A stretch of 64,000 nucleotides of DNA from Dehalococcoides mccartyi (GTDB lineage Bacteria; Chloroflexota; Dehalococcoidia; GIF9; DYGU01), in NCBI GenBank assembly GCA_020724525.1, contig DYGU01000002.1, positions 29,388-93,387 of the forward strand. Direction: 5' to 3'. The notes under the pieces are model-generated. The model had not been told where the DNA came from. It saw only the letters and a list, made by a program, of their open reading frames with translations, and made no database searches. Positions within the stretch are counted from its first letter, which is position 1, and every line of letters begins with the position of its first letter. Positions 54,340-63,682 of the stretch are shown piece after piece. Made by a program: the position numbers and the translations under genes.

Positions 54340-56769
54340 ATGAGACAAGAGAGATTTACGGAACAAGCCCAGGAAGTTTTAGCTTATTCCCAGAATTTGG
54401 TTCGACGCTTCCACCATAGCCAGTGGGATGTAGAGCATGTGTTACTGGCTTTGCTGGAACAAGAGAAAGGCTTAGCCCTGGAGATAATGCGAGAGTTAGG
54501 TGTTGACGAGACCAAAGTAAGAAGGCGAGTGGAATCAAGTCTTGAAGCCGCTCCTAAAATGGCTTATGAAGGAGCTCAGATTTATGCTACACCGCGGATT
54601 GCTCGTCTTTTAGAAAACGCGGCCTATGAGGCAGACCGGCTCAAAGACGAATTTATTGGCGTTGAGCACCTGCTAATTGCTATTGCTGAGGGGGGTGGGG
54701 GTGAAGCTTCAAGGATTCTGGCTGAGTTTGGTATTAATCAAGAGAAGATATATCAAGCTTTGCAGAATATTCGGGGAGGTCACCGGGTTACCGACCCCAG
54801 AGCCGAAAGTAAATATCGTTCCCTGGAAAAGTATGGTCGTGATTTTACTGAATTAGCTCGCCAGGGTAAGCTTGACCCGGTGATTGGGAGAGATGAGGAG
54901 ATAAAGCGGGTTATGCAGATTCTGACACGACGGACAAAGAATAACCCGGTAATTATTGGAGAGGCTGGCGTTGGTAAGACGGCTATTGCTGAAGGGTTAG
55001 CCCAGAAAATTGTTTCCGGAGACGTGCCTGATTCCCTTAAAGGGAAAAGGGTAATCGCTTTAGATATGGGGGCATTGGTAGCCGGAAGTAAGTTCCGTGG
55101 CGAATTTGAGGAAAGACTGAAGGCAGTAATAGACGAGGTTCGCCAAGCTCAAGGGGAGGTAATCTTGTTTATTGATGAGATGCATACTGTGGTTGGTGCT
55201 GGTGCTGCTGAAGGTGCTATTGATGCCAGCAATATGCTTAAACCGGCGCTGGCACGGGGTGAACTCCAGTGTGTTGGAGCTACTACTCTTGATGAGTACC
55301 GGGAGCATATTGAAAAGGATAAAGCCCTGGAGCGTCGGCTTCAACCTGTTTTTATTGGTGAGCCGAGTGTTGAGGCAACTATAGAGATGCTGCGCGGACT
55401 CCGCCCTCGTTATGAAGCTCACCACAAAATCAAAATTGATGACTCGGCTCTATTAGCCGCGGCTAAATTGAGCCAGCGCTATATCTCAGACAGGTTCCTT
55501 CCTGATAAAGCCGTTGACCTTATTGATGAAGCTGCCAGCAAATTGCGTATTGACATGGAGAGTGCTCCGCTGGAGGTCAAGAGTTTAGAACAGCAAATTC
55601 AGCGTTTACTGAATGAGGAAGAGGCAGTTTCTCAACGCCGGGATTACCAGCAAGCTGCGGAACTTAAAGCCGAAAGATTGCGCTTGGAAGCAGAATATAA
55701 TAAGGCTAAAGCTCGTTGGCTTCAGGAAAAGAAGATTGATAGTGTGGTGGATGAGGAGGGTATTGCTGAACTTGTCTCTAAATGGACGGGTATTCCGGTA
55801 TCGCGGATGCTGGAGGGTGAAGTTGAGAAATTGCTTCACATGGAGGAGAGGCTTCATGAACGGATTGTCAACCAGGAAGAGGCAGTATCAGCTATTTCTG
55901 AAGCTATCAGGCGGGGGAGAGCTGGGCTTAAAGACCCGAGGCGACCTGTCGGCAGTTTTATTTTCTTAGGACCTACTGGTGTCGGTAAGACAGAATTAGC
56001 TCGGGCTTTAGCTCTTTTTCTCTTTGATGATGGGGAGGCTATGATACGGTTGGACATGTCGGAGTATATGGAGAAGCATACTGTGTCTCGTCTTATTGGT
56101 GCTCCTCCTGGTTATATTGGCTATGAAGAAGGTGGACAATTAACAGAAGCAGTGCGACGCCGTCCCTATCGAGTGATACTATTTGATGAGGTTGAGAAAG
56201 CCCATCCTGATGTATTTAATATCTTACTCCAGATACTGGAGGATGGTAGGCTTACCGATGGGCATGGCCGGACAGTTGACTTTAAGAACACAGTAATAAT
56301 AATGACCAGCAATTTAGGCACCCAGGAATTTCAGCGCCAGGCTCTCGGTTTTTCTCGCCAGGAGAAAGCTGAACAGCAACGATTGCGAAGTGCTATTGAC
56401 AGTGCTCTAAAACAAACTTTCCGTCCCGAATTCCTCAATCGGATAGATGACATTATTATTTTCCAACCTCTTGCAGAGGAGCACTTAAAGAGGATAGTGG
56501 ACTTAATGATATTAGAAGTAGAGAAGCGCCTTAGCGATCGCCACCTTAAGTTGGAGTTAACCGCCGAAGCCAAGTCCTGGTTGCTCAAGGAGGGCTACAA
56601 CCCGGTTTATGGTGCCCGACCTTTGCGTCGAGCTATCCAGAGATATGTAGAAAATGTCCTGTCTACTCGGATTTTGCGGGGTGATTTTAGTGAGGGTGAT
56701 ACTATAGTTATTGGTGTAGACAGTGACGGCTTAAGTTTCAGGACACACAAAGCCGCCAAGGCAGGATAG
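54340..56769 (+). CDS. clpB: ATP-dependent chaperone/disaggregase ClpB
   Basis: Clp N domain, two AAA+ modules (GEAGVGKT and GPTGVGKT) and a long coiled-coil M domain. ATG 54340 is preferred. Confidence 0.96.
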   Translation: MRQERFTEQAQEVLAYSQNLVRRFHHSQWDVEHVLLALLEQEKGLALEIMRELGVDETKVRRRVESSLEAAPKMAYEGAQIYATPRIARLLENAAYEADRLKDEFIGVEHLLIAIAEGGGGEASRILAEFGINQEKIYQALQNIRGGHRVTDPRAESKYRSLEKYGRDFTELARQGKLDPVIGRDEEIKRVMQILTRRTKNNPVIIGEAGVGKTAIAEGLAQKIVSGDVPDSLKGKRVIALDMGALVAGSKFRGEFEERLKAVIDEVRQAQGEVILFIDEMHTVVGAGAAEGAIDASNMLKPALARGELQCVGATTLDEYREHIEKDKALERRLQPVFIGEPSVEATIEMLRGLRPRYEAHHKIKIDDSALLAAAKLSQRYISDRFLPDKAVDLIDEAASKLRIDMESAPLEVKSLEQQIQRLLNEEEAVSQRRDYQQAAELKAERLRLEAEYNKAKARWLQEKKIDSVVDEEGIAELVSKWTGIPVSRMLEGEVEKLLHMEERLHERIVNQEEAVSAISEAIRRGRAGLKDPRRPVGSFIFLGPTGVGKTELARALALFLFDDGEAMIRLDMSEYMEKHTVSRLIGAPPGYIGYEEGGQLTEAVRRRPYRVILFDEVEKAHPDVFNILLQILEDGRLTDGHGRTVDFKNTVIIMTSNLGTQEFQRQALGFSRQEKAEQQRLRSAIDSALKQTFRPEFLNRIDDIIIFQPLAEEHLKRIVDLMILEVEKRLSDRHLKLELTAEAKSWLLKEGYNPVYGARPLRRAIQRYVENVLSTRILRGDFSEGDTIVIGVDSDGLSFRTHKAAKAG

Positions 56770-57366
56770 ATGAAGTTTCACCAGATAAATGAGGTAGTTA
56801 AGAAGATTCTTACTAAAAAAGAATTCTACATAGCTGGCTTAGCTTTGGGGATAACCTTCACTTTCGGCGTGATTACGATTTATTACTGGGACTACATAAA
56901 TCGTCTCCAAGGCTATGGCTATTTAGGTACCTTTATTATTAGTCTTTTTGCAAGTAGCGTTTTGATAATGCCGATTCCTTATGTGGTGGTGGTGTTTACT
57001 TTGGGTGGGATATTAAATCCAGCCTTTGTTGGAGCTGCCTCAGGACTGGGGGCAAGTATTGGGGCGACAAGTATTTATTTGACCGGCTATGGGGGGCGTA
57101 ATCTTTTCCAGAATATTAATGATACCCTCTACTGCCGATTAGTGAATTGGGCACGACGAAAAGGTCCGGTAGCTGTCTTTATAATGTCAGCAATTTTTAA
57201 CCCCCTTTTTGTGCCTATGGCTATTACCATGGGGATGCTCCGTCTTCACCTTTGGAAATTTTTTCTCATGTGCTGGGCAGGTAATACAGTTAAGAGCCTG
57301 GTAATTGCCTACGGTGGCTATTTCGGTTTAAGGTCACTACTTCGCTTGATAGAAATATGGTTTTAA
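56770..57366 (+). CDS. DedA/VTT-domain-like membrane protein
   Basis: 198 aa with about 5 TM segments. The YLGTFIISLFASSVLIMPIPYVVV pattern resembles the DedA family. Confidence 0.5.
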   Translation: MKFHQINEVVKKILTKKEFYIAGLALGITFTFGVITIYYWDYINRLQGYGYLGTFIISLFASSVLIMPIPYVVVVFTLGGILNPAFVGAASGLGASIGATSIYLTGYGGRNLFQNINDTLYCRLVNWARRKGPVAVFIMSAIFNPLFVPMAITMGMLRLHLWKFFLMCWAGNTVKSLVIAYGGYFGLRSLLRLIEIWF

Positions 57367-57376
57367 CTCGGCTCAA

Positions 57377-57937
57377 GTGAATAGTACTATTCATGAAATT
57401 TTAGGGTTTGGCTTTTTCTTTGGACTAATGACCTGGCAGGGAGTAGTTCTCCTTTCTCAGACCTTAGACAAAAATAAAAAATATAAAGCTGCTTCTGCTT
57501 TTGCTGCCGCAGTAGGCAAGCCACTATTAGTTGCTGGTGGACCCTTAGGTATCACCTGGCTTCGCCATTTTTCTAAAGTGAAGGCACATGGTTATGGCGA
57601 TGTTTGCTTTGATATTGACCCCCGGGCGTTTTATGGTTGCCCTTGCGGGGTTGTGGCTGATGTCAGGCATATCCCCTTCGGAGATAAAACTTTTGGTGCC
57701 GTCTTCGTCAGTCACTTATTGGAACATCTACCTAATATAACTGATGCCAGACAAGCCTTAGCTGAACTTAACCGGGTAGCTGAAGCTGTTTTCGTTGCCT
57801 ATCCTTATAGGCAATATGTAGTAGCTTGGCTTATTCCTGGCCATTATCTTTGGGTTTGGCAAAAAGATGGCAAAATCTATCTTAAGCAACGAAAAAGCAG
57901 ACAAAAGAAGTTTAAGAAGCTTGTTGTTTCTGGTTAG
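57377..57937 (+). CDS. membrane-anchored class I methyltransferase-like protein
   Basis: 186 aa. N-terminal TM segment, then VADVRHIPFGDKTFGAVFVSHLLEHL, which resembles Methyltransf_11 motif II/III. GTG start. Confidence 0.5.
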   Translation: MNSTIHEILGFGFFFGLMTWQGVVLLSQTLDKNKKYKAASAFAAAVGKPLLVAGGPLGITWLRHFSKVKAHGYGDVCFDIDPRAFYGCPCGVVADVRHIPFGDKTFGAVFVSHLLEHLPNITDARQALAELNRVAEAVFVAYPYRQYVVAWLIPGHYLWVWQKDGKIYLKQRKSRQKKFKKLVVSG

Positions 57938-57964
57938 GCTTCGTGATAAAATACAAATAACATT

Positions 57965-58040
57965 GGGGCTGTAGCTCAATCGGGAGAGCGTTTGACTGGC
58001 AGTCAAAAGGTAGTGGGTTCGAATCCCATCAGCTCCACCA
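57965..58040 (+). tRNA. tRNA-Ala (anticodon GGC), CCA encoded
   Basis: Hand-folded cloverleaf. Acceptor ggggctg/cagctcc includes the G3:U70 Ala identity pair. Anticodon loop is ctGGCag. Confidence 0.9.
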
Positions 58041-58044
58041 TTGT

Positions 58045-58121
58045 GGCGCATTCGTCTAGGGGTTTAGGACACCTCCCTCTCAAGGAGGAGATCACCGGTT
58101 CGAATCCGGTATGCGCTACCA
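58045..58121 (+). tRNA. tRNA-Glu (anticodon CTC), CCA encoded
   Basis: Hand-folded. Acceptor ggcgcat/atgcgct has a G1-U72 wobble. Anticodon stem is cctcc/ggagg and the loop is ctCTCaa. Confidence 0.85.
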
Positions 58122-58181
58122 ATATTGACTTTTGGTTTCTTTTATACTAACATTCCAGCAATTAGCCAGAATTTGGCGATT

Positions 58182-58254
58182 GCCCGAGTAGCGCAATGGT
58201 AGCGCAACCGACTTGTAATCGGTAGGTTAGTGGGTTCGACTCCCCTCTCGGGCT
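58182..58254 (+). tRNA. tRNA-Thr (anticodon TGT), with one bulged base in the T stem
   Basis: Acceptor gcccgag/ctcgggc is perfect. Anticodon stem is accga/tcggt and the loop is ctTGTaa. T stem ag(t)ggg/cccct needs a 1-nt bulge. CCA is not fully encoded. Confidence 0.75.
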
Positions 58255-58264
58255 CCGAAGGATA

Positions 58265-58729
58265 TTGGAGGGGATCAATATGGCATTATGGCAAATTCTT
58301 CTCTTAGTTGCGTTTGTTGGGCTAATCGGTGGAGTAGTAAATGCTATATTTACCGAGAAAGGTCTTGTTCTCCCTCGGCGTAGGCATTTACGAGATTGTA
58401 GTAGGATTTTGTTGCCGGGATTTCTGGGTAACATGCTTTTTGGAGCTATTGCCGCTGTTGTAGTGACAGGTTCTGCTGGTCCATTGGGTGAGCTCGGAAT
58501 CAGGGAGGTTTATGATCTGAATGTTGGCATTGTGATCGGGGCACTAGTAGCTGGAATTGGAGGCGCCAGAATCGTAGCCAGTGAGGTAGACAAACGCCAT
58601 GGGATTGAATCACTCCGAAGTGGAGCCCATACTTTAGAGGCACTAGCCAAGAGAATGAAGGAGCAGTCCGATAGAATAGAAGAGCTTGAATCCCAAATTA
58701 AAGGGCTTAAAGGAGGTGGTGATCTGTGA
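58265..58729 (+). CDS. hypothetical membrane protein with C-terminal coiled coil
   Basis: 154 aa. Three hydrophobic Gly-rich segments followed by a charged helix. The likely start is ATG 58280. Confidence 0.5.
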   Translation: MEGINMALWQILLLVAFVGLIGGVVNAIFTEKGLVLPRRRHLRDCSRILLPGFLGNMLFGAIAAVVVTGSAGPLGELGIREVYDLNVGIVIGALVAGIGGARIVASEVDKRHGIESLRSGAHTLEALAKRMKEQSDRIEELESQIKGLKGGGDL

Positions 58730-58875
58730 GCGAGCAAACCAGCAAGGAAGGCATTGAAAAGATTGAAGAGCTATCTAAGGAATTGGAGAGGGTTTCCCTT
58801 AGAGAAAGTGTTCAGGTCTTTAAGGAGCTAGAAGAGGCAGCCGAACGATTACCCGAGATTAAGAAGGAGGAGTAA
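58726..58875 (+). CDS. possible 49-aa acidic helical protein, translationally coupled (GTGA overlap)
   Basis: Manual translation gives VSEQTSKEGIEKIEELSKELERVSLRESVQVFKELEEAAERLPEIKKEE. AGGAGG lies 9 nt upstream. It is below the ORF-track cut-off. Confidence 0.35.
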   Translation: MSEQTSKEGIEKIEELSKELERVSLRESVQVFKELEEAAERLPEIKKEE

Positions 58876-58883
58876 TTTTTTCG

Positions 58884-58971
58884 GGAGGGGTGCCGGAGCG
58901 GTCAATCGGAGCAGACTGTAAATCTGCCGCCTGAGATGGCTACGTAGGTTCGAATCCTACCCCCTCCACCA
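58884..58971 (+). tRNA. tRNA-Tyr (anticodon GTA), long variable arm, CCA encoded
   Basis: Acceptor ggagggg/cccctcc. Anticodon stem gcaga/tctgc with loop ctGTAaa. Overall similarity to E. coli tyrT. Confidence 0.9.
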
Positions 58972-58989
58972 TAAAGCAGGAAATCACAA

Positions 58990-59280
58990 ATGATCGACTG
59001 GTGTAGGTACGAAAAGAGAAGAGCTGAAATAGATAACAAAAAAGAGAAAATTAAAGAGAGGGGGGCTAAAGTTGCTCTGGAGGCGTTTGTTTTGCAAGGG
59101 CTAACATCTATGAACCTGGAACTCGAGGAATGGGCAATAGCCTTCACTGAATACTCTGAAGAAAACCCTGGGGAATGGGAGAGGAATCAATCTACCACTT
59201 CTGATCCACCAAAACTTAAAGCGTTTAAAGATAAAATTGAAAACTTCCTTGATTTGTTTGGCAAGATCAGACCTAAGTAG
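58990..59280 (+). CDS. hypothetical protein
   Basis: 96 aa, charged, with no motif. It occupies the slot between tRNA-Tyr and tRNA-Thr. Confidence 0.4.
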   Translation: MIDWCRYEKRRAEIDNKKEKIKERGAKVALEAFVLQGLTSMNLELEEWAIAFTEYSEENPGEWERNQSTTSDPPKLKAFKDKIENFLDLFGKIRPK

Positions 59281-59297
59281 TTTATAATAGTGATAGT

Positions 59298-59373
59298 GCC
59301 CACATAGCTCAGGAGGTAGAGCACGTTCTTGGTAAGAACGGGGTCACCAGTTCGAAGCTGGTTGTGGGCTCCA
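59298..59373 (+). tRNA. tRNA-Thr (anticodon GGT), CCA encoded
   Basis: Acceptor gcccaca/tgtgggc. Anticodon stem cgttc/gaacg with loop ttGGTaa. Confidence 0.9.
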
Positions 59374-59408
59374 TATCTAAAAGTTGATAAAAGGAGGTTT
59401 ATAAAAAT

Positions 59409-59528
59409 CCCCATGACAGATATCGTCTAGCCGAAGACTATTGCCTGCAGCAATAAGCTGTCACGGGGTCCCCATTATGGCTTATTGCTGGAGACATAGG
59501 TAGAAGGTAGACGCTATCCATAATGGGG
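59409..59528 (+). promoter_or_regulatory. highly structured tRNA-Thr/tuf spacer (candidate regulatory leader or small RNA)
   Basis: Three 11-bp helices were checked pair by pair: A 59409-59419/59458-59468 (10 of 11), B 59448-59458/59480-59490 (11 of 11) and C 59470-59480/59518-59528 (11 of 11). B excludes A plus C. Confidence 0.5.
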
Positions 59529-59546
59529 TTAAAAAGGAGGTTATAA

Positions 59547-60746
59547 ATGGCAAAGAAGGTTTTTGTCAGGACTAAGCCCCATGTGAATGTGGGCACAATA
59601 GGTCATGTCGACCACGGCAAGACGACTTTGACTTCGGCAATGACTTATCTCTTGTCTAAAGTCGGTCCTACCCAGTTCCGTTCTTTTGAGTCTATAGACA
59701 ATGCCCCGGAAGAGAAAGCTCGTGGTTTGACTATTTGCATTGCTCATATTGAATATGAAACAGACAAGCGCCATTATGCCCATGTAGATTGTCCCGGTCA
59801 TGCTGACTATATCAAGAATATGATAACCGGGGCAGCTCAGATGGATGGAGCTGTTGTAGTAGTTAGTGCTCCTGATGGACCCATGCCGCAGACCCGGGAG
59901 CATATCCTTTTGGCTCGCCAGGTAGAAGTACCTTGTTTGCTGGTGGCATTAAATAAAGTTGATTTGATGGAAGATGAGGAATTGTTGGAATTAGTGGAGA
60001 TAGAACTCAGGGAGCTGCTTACTAAGTATGGTTTTCCCGGCGACAAGATACCAATTGTCCGGGTAAGTGCTCTCAAGTGTTTGGAGTGTGGCTGTGCCCG
60101 GCGGGAGTGTCAGTGGTGTGGCGGAGTATGGAAATTAGTGGATACTATAGACGAATATGTACCGATTCCAGTGCGGGTGAGGGACAAACCTTTCTTGATG
60201 CCTATTGAAGATGTCTTTGGCATCAAAGGGCGGGGCACTGTGGTTACTGGTAGGGTGGAGCGAGGAACTGTAAAGGTTGGAGATGAAGCAGAGATTGTGG
60301 GAATCAAAGAGACACGGAAAACAGTGGTAACCGGGGTGGAGATGTTCCATAAGACGCTGGAGAATGCTGAGCCTGGAGATGCTATCGGCTGCTTACTCAG
60401 GGGCATAGAGCGGGATGAAGTGGAGAGGGGACAGGTGTTAGCTGCTTCTGGTTCGGTCAAACCTCATACTCATGTTCAGGCTGAAGTATATATATTGACT
60501 AAAGAAGAAGGTGGACGACATACTCCCTTCTTTAGCGGGTATAAGCCTCAATTCTATATCAGGACTCTTGATGTCACTGGAGCAGTTGAATTACCTTCTG
60601 GGGTGGAAATGGTTATGCCTGGAGATAATGTGGGAATGTCTATAAAGCTTATTTACCCAGTGGCTATTGAGGAAGGATTGCGTTTTGCCATAAGAGAAGG
60701 GGGTAAGACTGTGGGTGCCGGAGTTTTCACCAAGATCCTTGACTAA
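59547..60746 (+). CDS. tuf: elongation factor Tu
   Basis: 399 aa. Motifs [14 protein letters not shown] and NKVD. An unusual five-Cys segment lies at residues 178-191. Confidence 0.97.
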   Translation: MAKKVFVRTKPHVNVGTIGHVDHGKTTLTSAMTYLLSKVGPTQFRSFESIDNAPEEKARGLTICIAHIEYETDKRHYAHVDCPGHADYIKNMITGAAQMDGAVVVVSAPDGPMPQTREHILLARQVEVPCLLVALNKVDLMEDEELLELVEIELRELLTKYGFPGDKIPIVRVSALKCLECGCARRECQWCGGVWKLVDTIDEYVPIPVRVRDKPFLMPIEDVFGIKGRGTVVTGRVERGTVKVGDEAEIVGIKETRKTVVTGVEMFHKTLENAEPGDAIGCLLRGIERDEVERGQVLAASGSVKPHTHVQAEVYILTKEEGGRHTPFFSGYKPQFYIRTLDVTGAVELPSGVEMVMPGDNVGMSIKLIYPVAIEEGLRFAIREGGKTVGAGVFTKILD

Positions 60747-60767
60747 ATAGTACTTGGGGTAAAAAAT

Positions 60768-60935
60768 ATGGCTAAGAAGAGTGAGCCAAGAACTATTATC
60801 CATCTGGCTTGTACTGAGTGCCAGGAACGGACTTATACTACCACCAAGAATAGAAAGAATGACCCTCAGAGGTTGGAGTTAAGGAAATACTGCCCGCGTT
60901 GTCGCAGACACACCTTGCATCGAGAAACTAAGTAA
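60768..60935 (+). CDS. rpmG: 50S ribosomal protein L33
   Basis: Manual translation gives [55 protein letters not shown] (55 aa, CxxC...CxxC). It is below the ORF-track cut-off. Confidence 0.9.
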   Translation: MAKKSEPRTIIHLACTECQERTYTTTKNRKNDPQRLELRKYCPRCRRHTLHRETK

Positions 60936-60941
60936 AGCCCC

Positions 60942-61163
60942 ATGAAAGGCCGCCTTCCAGCTTCTAAACCAAAAAAGTCCCGGCTCCGCTTTTTTCGTGA
61001 AACTATTGAGGAGTTGAAAAGGGTTGTCTGGCCAACGAGACAAGAGGCTTTACGGTTGACCATTATGGTGCTCGTTGTCTGCCTTATTGTCGGAATTGTC
61101 CTCGGAGCTATTGATTATGGTTTCACCGAATTACTTACCAAAGTATTCTTACGGGGTAGGTAG
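60942..61163 (+). CDS. secE: preprotein translocase subunit SecE
   Basis: 73 aa. Basic N-terminus, EELKRVVWPTRQE and a single TM segment. Canonical position before nusG. Confidence 0.88.
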   Translation: MKGRLPASKPKKSRLRFFRETIEELKRVVWPTRQEALRLTIMVLVVCLIVGIVLGAIDYGFTELLTKVFLRGR

Positions 61164-61193
61164 ACTGTATTTCACGAGAGGTAATGGTAAGCA

Positions 61194-61724
61194 ATGGTAA
61201 GCAATAATAGGCAATGGTATATGATACATACTTACTCCGGGTATGAAGAACGGGTCAAGAGGAATCTGGAACAGCGAATCAAGTATATGGATGCCGGAGA
61301 TAAAGTATTCCAGGTGGTTATACCTACTGAAGATGAAATAGAGATCAAGAGCGGGCAGCGACGAACTGTAACTAAAAGAATCTTTCCCGGCTATGTTTTG
61401 GTTCAGATGACAATGGATGATGAAAGTTGGAACGTAGTCCGTAACACTCCGGGGGTAACCGGTTTTGTTGGTAGTGGTAAACCAACCCCCTTAGCTGAAG
61501 AGGAGGTAGGTAAGATATTGAAGCGAATGATCGAAGGTACCCCCAAAGTCAAAGTGGGCTTCAGCAAAGGTCAGAGTGTCCGTGTAGTTAATGGTCCTTT
61601 TATTGATTTTGTGGGTGTGGTTGGTGGAATCAATATGGAAAAGGGTAAGGTGAAGGTGCTTCTTACTCTTTTCGGACGTGAGACACCGGTAGAACTGGAT
61701 TTTTTGCAAGTGGAAAAAATGTAG
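61194..61724 (+). CDS. nusG: transcription termination/antitermination factor NusG
   Basis: 176 aa. WYMIHTYSGYE NGN domain and a KOW motif (GQSVRVVNGPF). Confidence 0.95.
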   Translation: MVSNNRQWYMIHTYSGYEERVKRNLEQRIKYMDAGDKVFQVVIPTEDEIEIKSGQRRTVTKRIFPGYVLVQMTMDDESWNVVRNTPGVTGFVGSGKPTPLAEEEVGKILKRMIEGTPKVKVGFSKGQSVRVVNGPFIDFVGVVGGINMEKGKVKVLLTLFGRETPVELDFLQVEKM

Positions 61725-62147
61725 ATGGCAAAGAAAGTTAAGGCGGTTATCAAATTGCAAATTCCGGCGGGTAAGGCTACCCCGGCGGCACCAGTAGGTC
61801 CGGCTTTAGGGCAGCTTGGGCTTAACATTATGGCTTTTTGCAAAGAATATAATGAGCGGACGGCGAACCAAATTGGGCTTATCGTTCCGGTAGAAATAAC
61901 TGTATATGAGGACCGTTCCTTTACTTTTGTCACTAAAACTCCCCCAGCATCTGATTTAATAAAGCGTGCCTTAGATATAGAAAAAGGCAGTAGTACTGCT
62001 GGTCCTGTGAAGGTGGGTAAATTGTCCCGGGAGAAACTTCTTGAAATTGCCCGACTGAAGAAAAAAGACTTGAATGCGGCTGATATGGAGGGGGCAATGC
62101 GTATTATTGAAGGCACGGCTCGGAGTATGGGGGTTGAGGTAGACTAA
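61725..62147 (+). CDS. rplK: 50S ribosomal protein L11
   Basis: 140 aa with the motif [21 protein letters not shown]-like. Confidence 0.96.
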   Translation: MAKKVKAVIKLQIPAGKATPAAPVGPALGQLGLNIMAFCKEYNERTANQIGLIVPVEITVYEDRSFTFVTKTPPASDLIKRALDIEKGSSTAGPVKVGKLSREKLLEIARLKKKDLNAADMEGAMRIIEGTARSMGVEVD

Positions 62148-62863
62148 TGGCATTAGCCAGGCATGGTAAAAAATACAGGAAAGTGAGTGAGTTGGTGGAT
62201 AGAACAAAGACTTATCCACCGGGAGAGGCTATTGAGCTGATAAAAAAGGTTAGTTATGCCAGTTTTGATGAGACCGTTGAACTTCATCTGAGGATGGGAC
62301 TCGACCCACGCAGCGCTGACCAGCAGGTTAGGGGAGTGGTGGTTCTTCCGCATGGGTTAGGTAAGAAGGTTGGCATTGTTGTTTTTGCTCACGGAGAGGG
62401 GGTAAAGATAGCCCAGGAAGCTGGAGCTGAGTATGTGGGGGGAGACGAGCTTATTAAAAGGATTGAGGAGGGCTGGCTTGGCTTTGATGTGGCTATAGCC
62501 ACTCCTGATATGATGGGGAAGGTGGGGAAATTAGGAAAGATTCTGGGGCGGCGAGGGTTAATGCCTAATCCAAAATCAGGAACAGTAGTAGCTGCGACTG
62601 ACTTACCCCGGGTGATTGCCGAAACCCGTAAGGGTCGGGTAGAGTTCAGGCTTGACCGCACAGCTATTATTCATGTACCTTTAGGTAAGATTAGTTTTGA
62701 AGTGAATAAGCTGCTGGAAAACCTGGCTGCGGTAGTGGAGGCTATAGTTAAAGCCAGACCCAGTGGGGCTAAGGGGCAGTACATTCGGAGTGTGGCTTTG
62801 TCGTCAACGATGGGTCCGGGAATAAAACTTGACCTAAAGTCTACTTTAGCCTTAGCCGCTTAA
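62147..62863 (+). CDS. rplA: 50S ribosomal protein L1
   Basis: 238 aa with [16 protein letters not shown]-like sequence. ATGA-type overlap with rplK. Confidence 0.96.
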   Translation: MALARHGKKYRKVSELVDRTKTYPPGEAIELIKKVSYASFDETVELHLRMGLDPRSADQQVRGVVVLPHGLGKKVGIVVFAHGEGVKIAQEAGAEYVGGDELIKRIEEGWLGFDVAIATPDMMGKVGKLGKILGRRGLMPNPKSGTVVAATDLPRVIAETRKGRVEFRLDRTAIIHVPLGKISFEVNKLLENLAAVVEAIVKARPSGAKGQYIRSVALSSTMGPGIKLDLKSTLALAA

Positions 62864-62883
62864 ACTCTTTAAAAATTAACTTT

Positions 62884-62971
62884 TAATTGGGAGGCTTTAG
62901 TTTACTAATGTAGTGCGAGGCTAAAGCCTCGCACTACATTGAAAATAAATTGTTGATAAACACTTTTTAAC
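62884..62971 (+). mobile_element. MITE-like element, variant copy C2, flanked by aattaacttt
   Basis: Direct repeats lie at 62874-62883 and 62972-62981. It contains gtttactaatg, the hairpin gtagtgcgaggc taaa gcctcgcactac, and the end gataaacact. Confidence 0.75.
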
Positions 62972-63012
62972 AATTAACTTTGGCAGGGTGCCAGTGACAG
63001 CAGGTGCCTTAA

Positions 63013-63066
63013 AACACCCCTGAAAAACAAAGTTTTTCAGAGGACCCAATTTAGGTGGGGTAGATT
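63013..63066 (+). repeat. palindromic repeat, copy 2, ending at the rplJ start codon
   Basis: Aligns with the reverse complement of 32820-32872. The stem cccctgaaaaac/gtttttcagagg has one mismatch. Confidence 0.75.
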
Positions 63067-63612
63067 ATGCCAAAGTCAGAGAAAGTAAAAACAGTTAAGG
63101 AGCTAAAGGAAAGGTTTTTCCGAAGTGCTATTATAGTAGCTACTGATTATCGGGGGTTATCAGCCAGAGAAATGTCTGAATTGCGCTACCGCCTCAGGGA
63201 AGCCGGGGTAGATTATAAGGTGGTAAAAAATACTTTAGCCCGTTTAGCGGCTATTGAGGCTGGCAAGGAACAAATAGAATCTCTCTTTAGTGGTCCGGTA
63301 GCTGTTGCCTTTGCTTTCGATAAGGATATGGTTAAACTGCCTAAAATTCTTAGTGAATATATTCGTAGTTCGGGTTCAGTCCTGCAAATCAAAGGCGGAA
63401 TGTTAGGTAATCGTTTACTCAGTCCTGGAGATATATCAATTCTATCTAACCTTCCCCCCAGAGACATTTTAATTTCGCAAATAATAGGTCGGATGCAGGT
63501 CCCCTTACAGGCTTTATATAATGTTCTAAGTGCCCCCTTGCGGGAATTTCTAACCGTATTGCAAGCTCGAATAAATCAAATAGGAGGTGAAAATGTCACC
63601 AGAGCCAGTTGA
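63067..63612 (+). CDS. rplJ: 50S ribosomal protein L10
   Basis: 181 aa with the pattern [31 protein letters not shown]. Confidence 0.95.
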   Translation: MPKSEKVKTVKELKERFFRSAIIVATDYRGLSAREMSELRYRLREAGVDYKVVKNTLARLAAIEAGKEQIESLFSGPVAVAFAFDKDMVKLPKILSEYIRSSGSVLQIKGGMLGNRLLSPGDISILSNLPPRDILISQIIGRMQVPLQALYNVLSAPLREFLTVLQARINQIGGENVTRAS

Positions 63613-63682
63613 GATGCAGAAGCGCCAGAGAAAAGTTAAGGCTAAGGCGGAGTCTTCACCAGCTAAGGCGGAAGTAACAAAA

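Noticed and set aside
57938-59546. tRNA cluster as the attachment site of an integrated prophage or genomic island
   Set aside because: There is no integrase, no direct repeat of a tRNA 3' end, and the inserts are only 0.3-0.6 kb.
61571-62116. 181-aa minus-strand ORF
   Set aside because: It is fully antisense to nusG and rplK, both of which are unambiguous. It is a Ser/Pro/Thr-rich shadow ORF.
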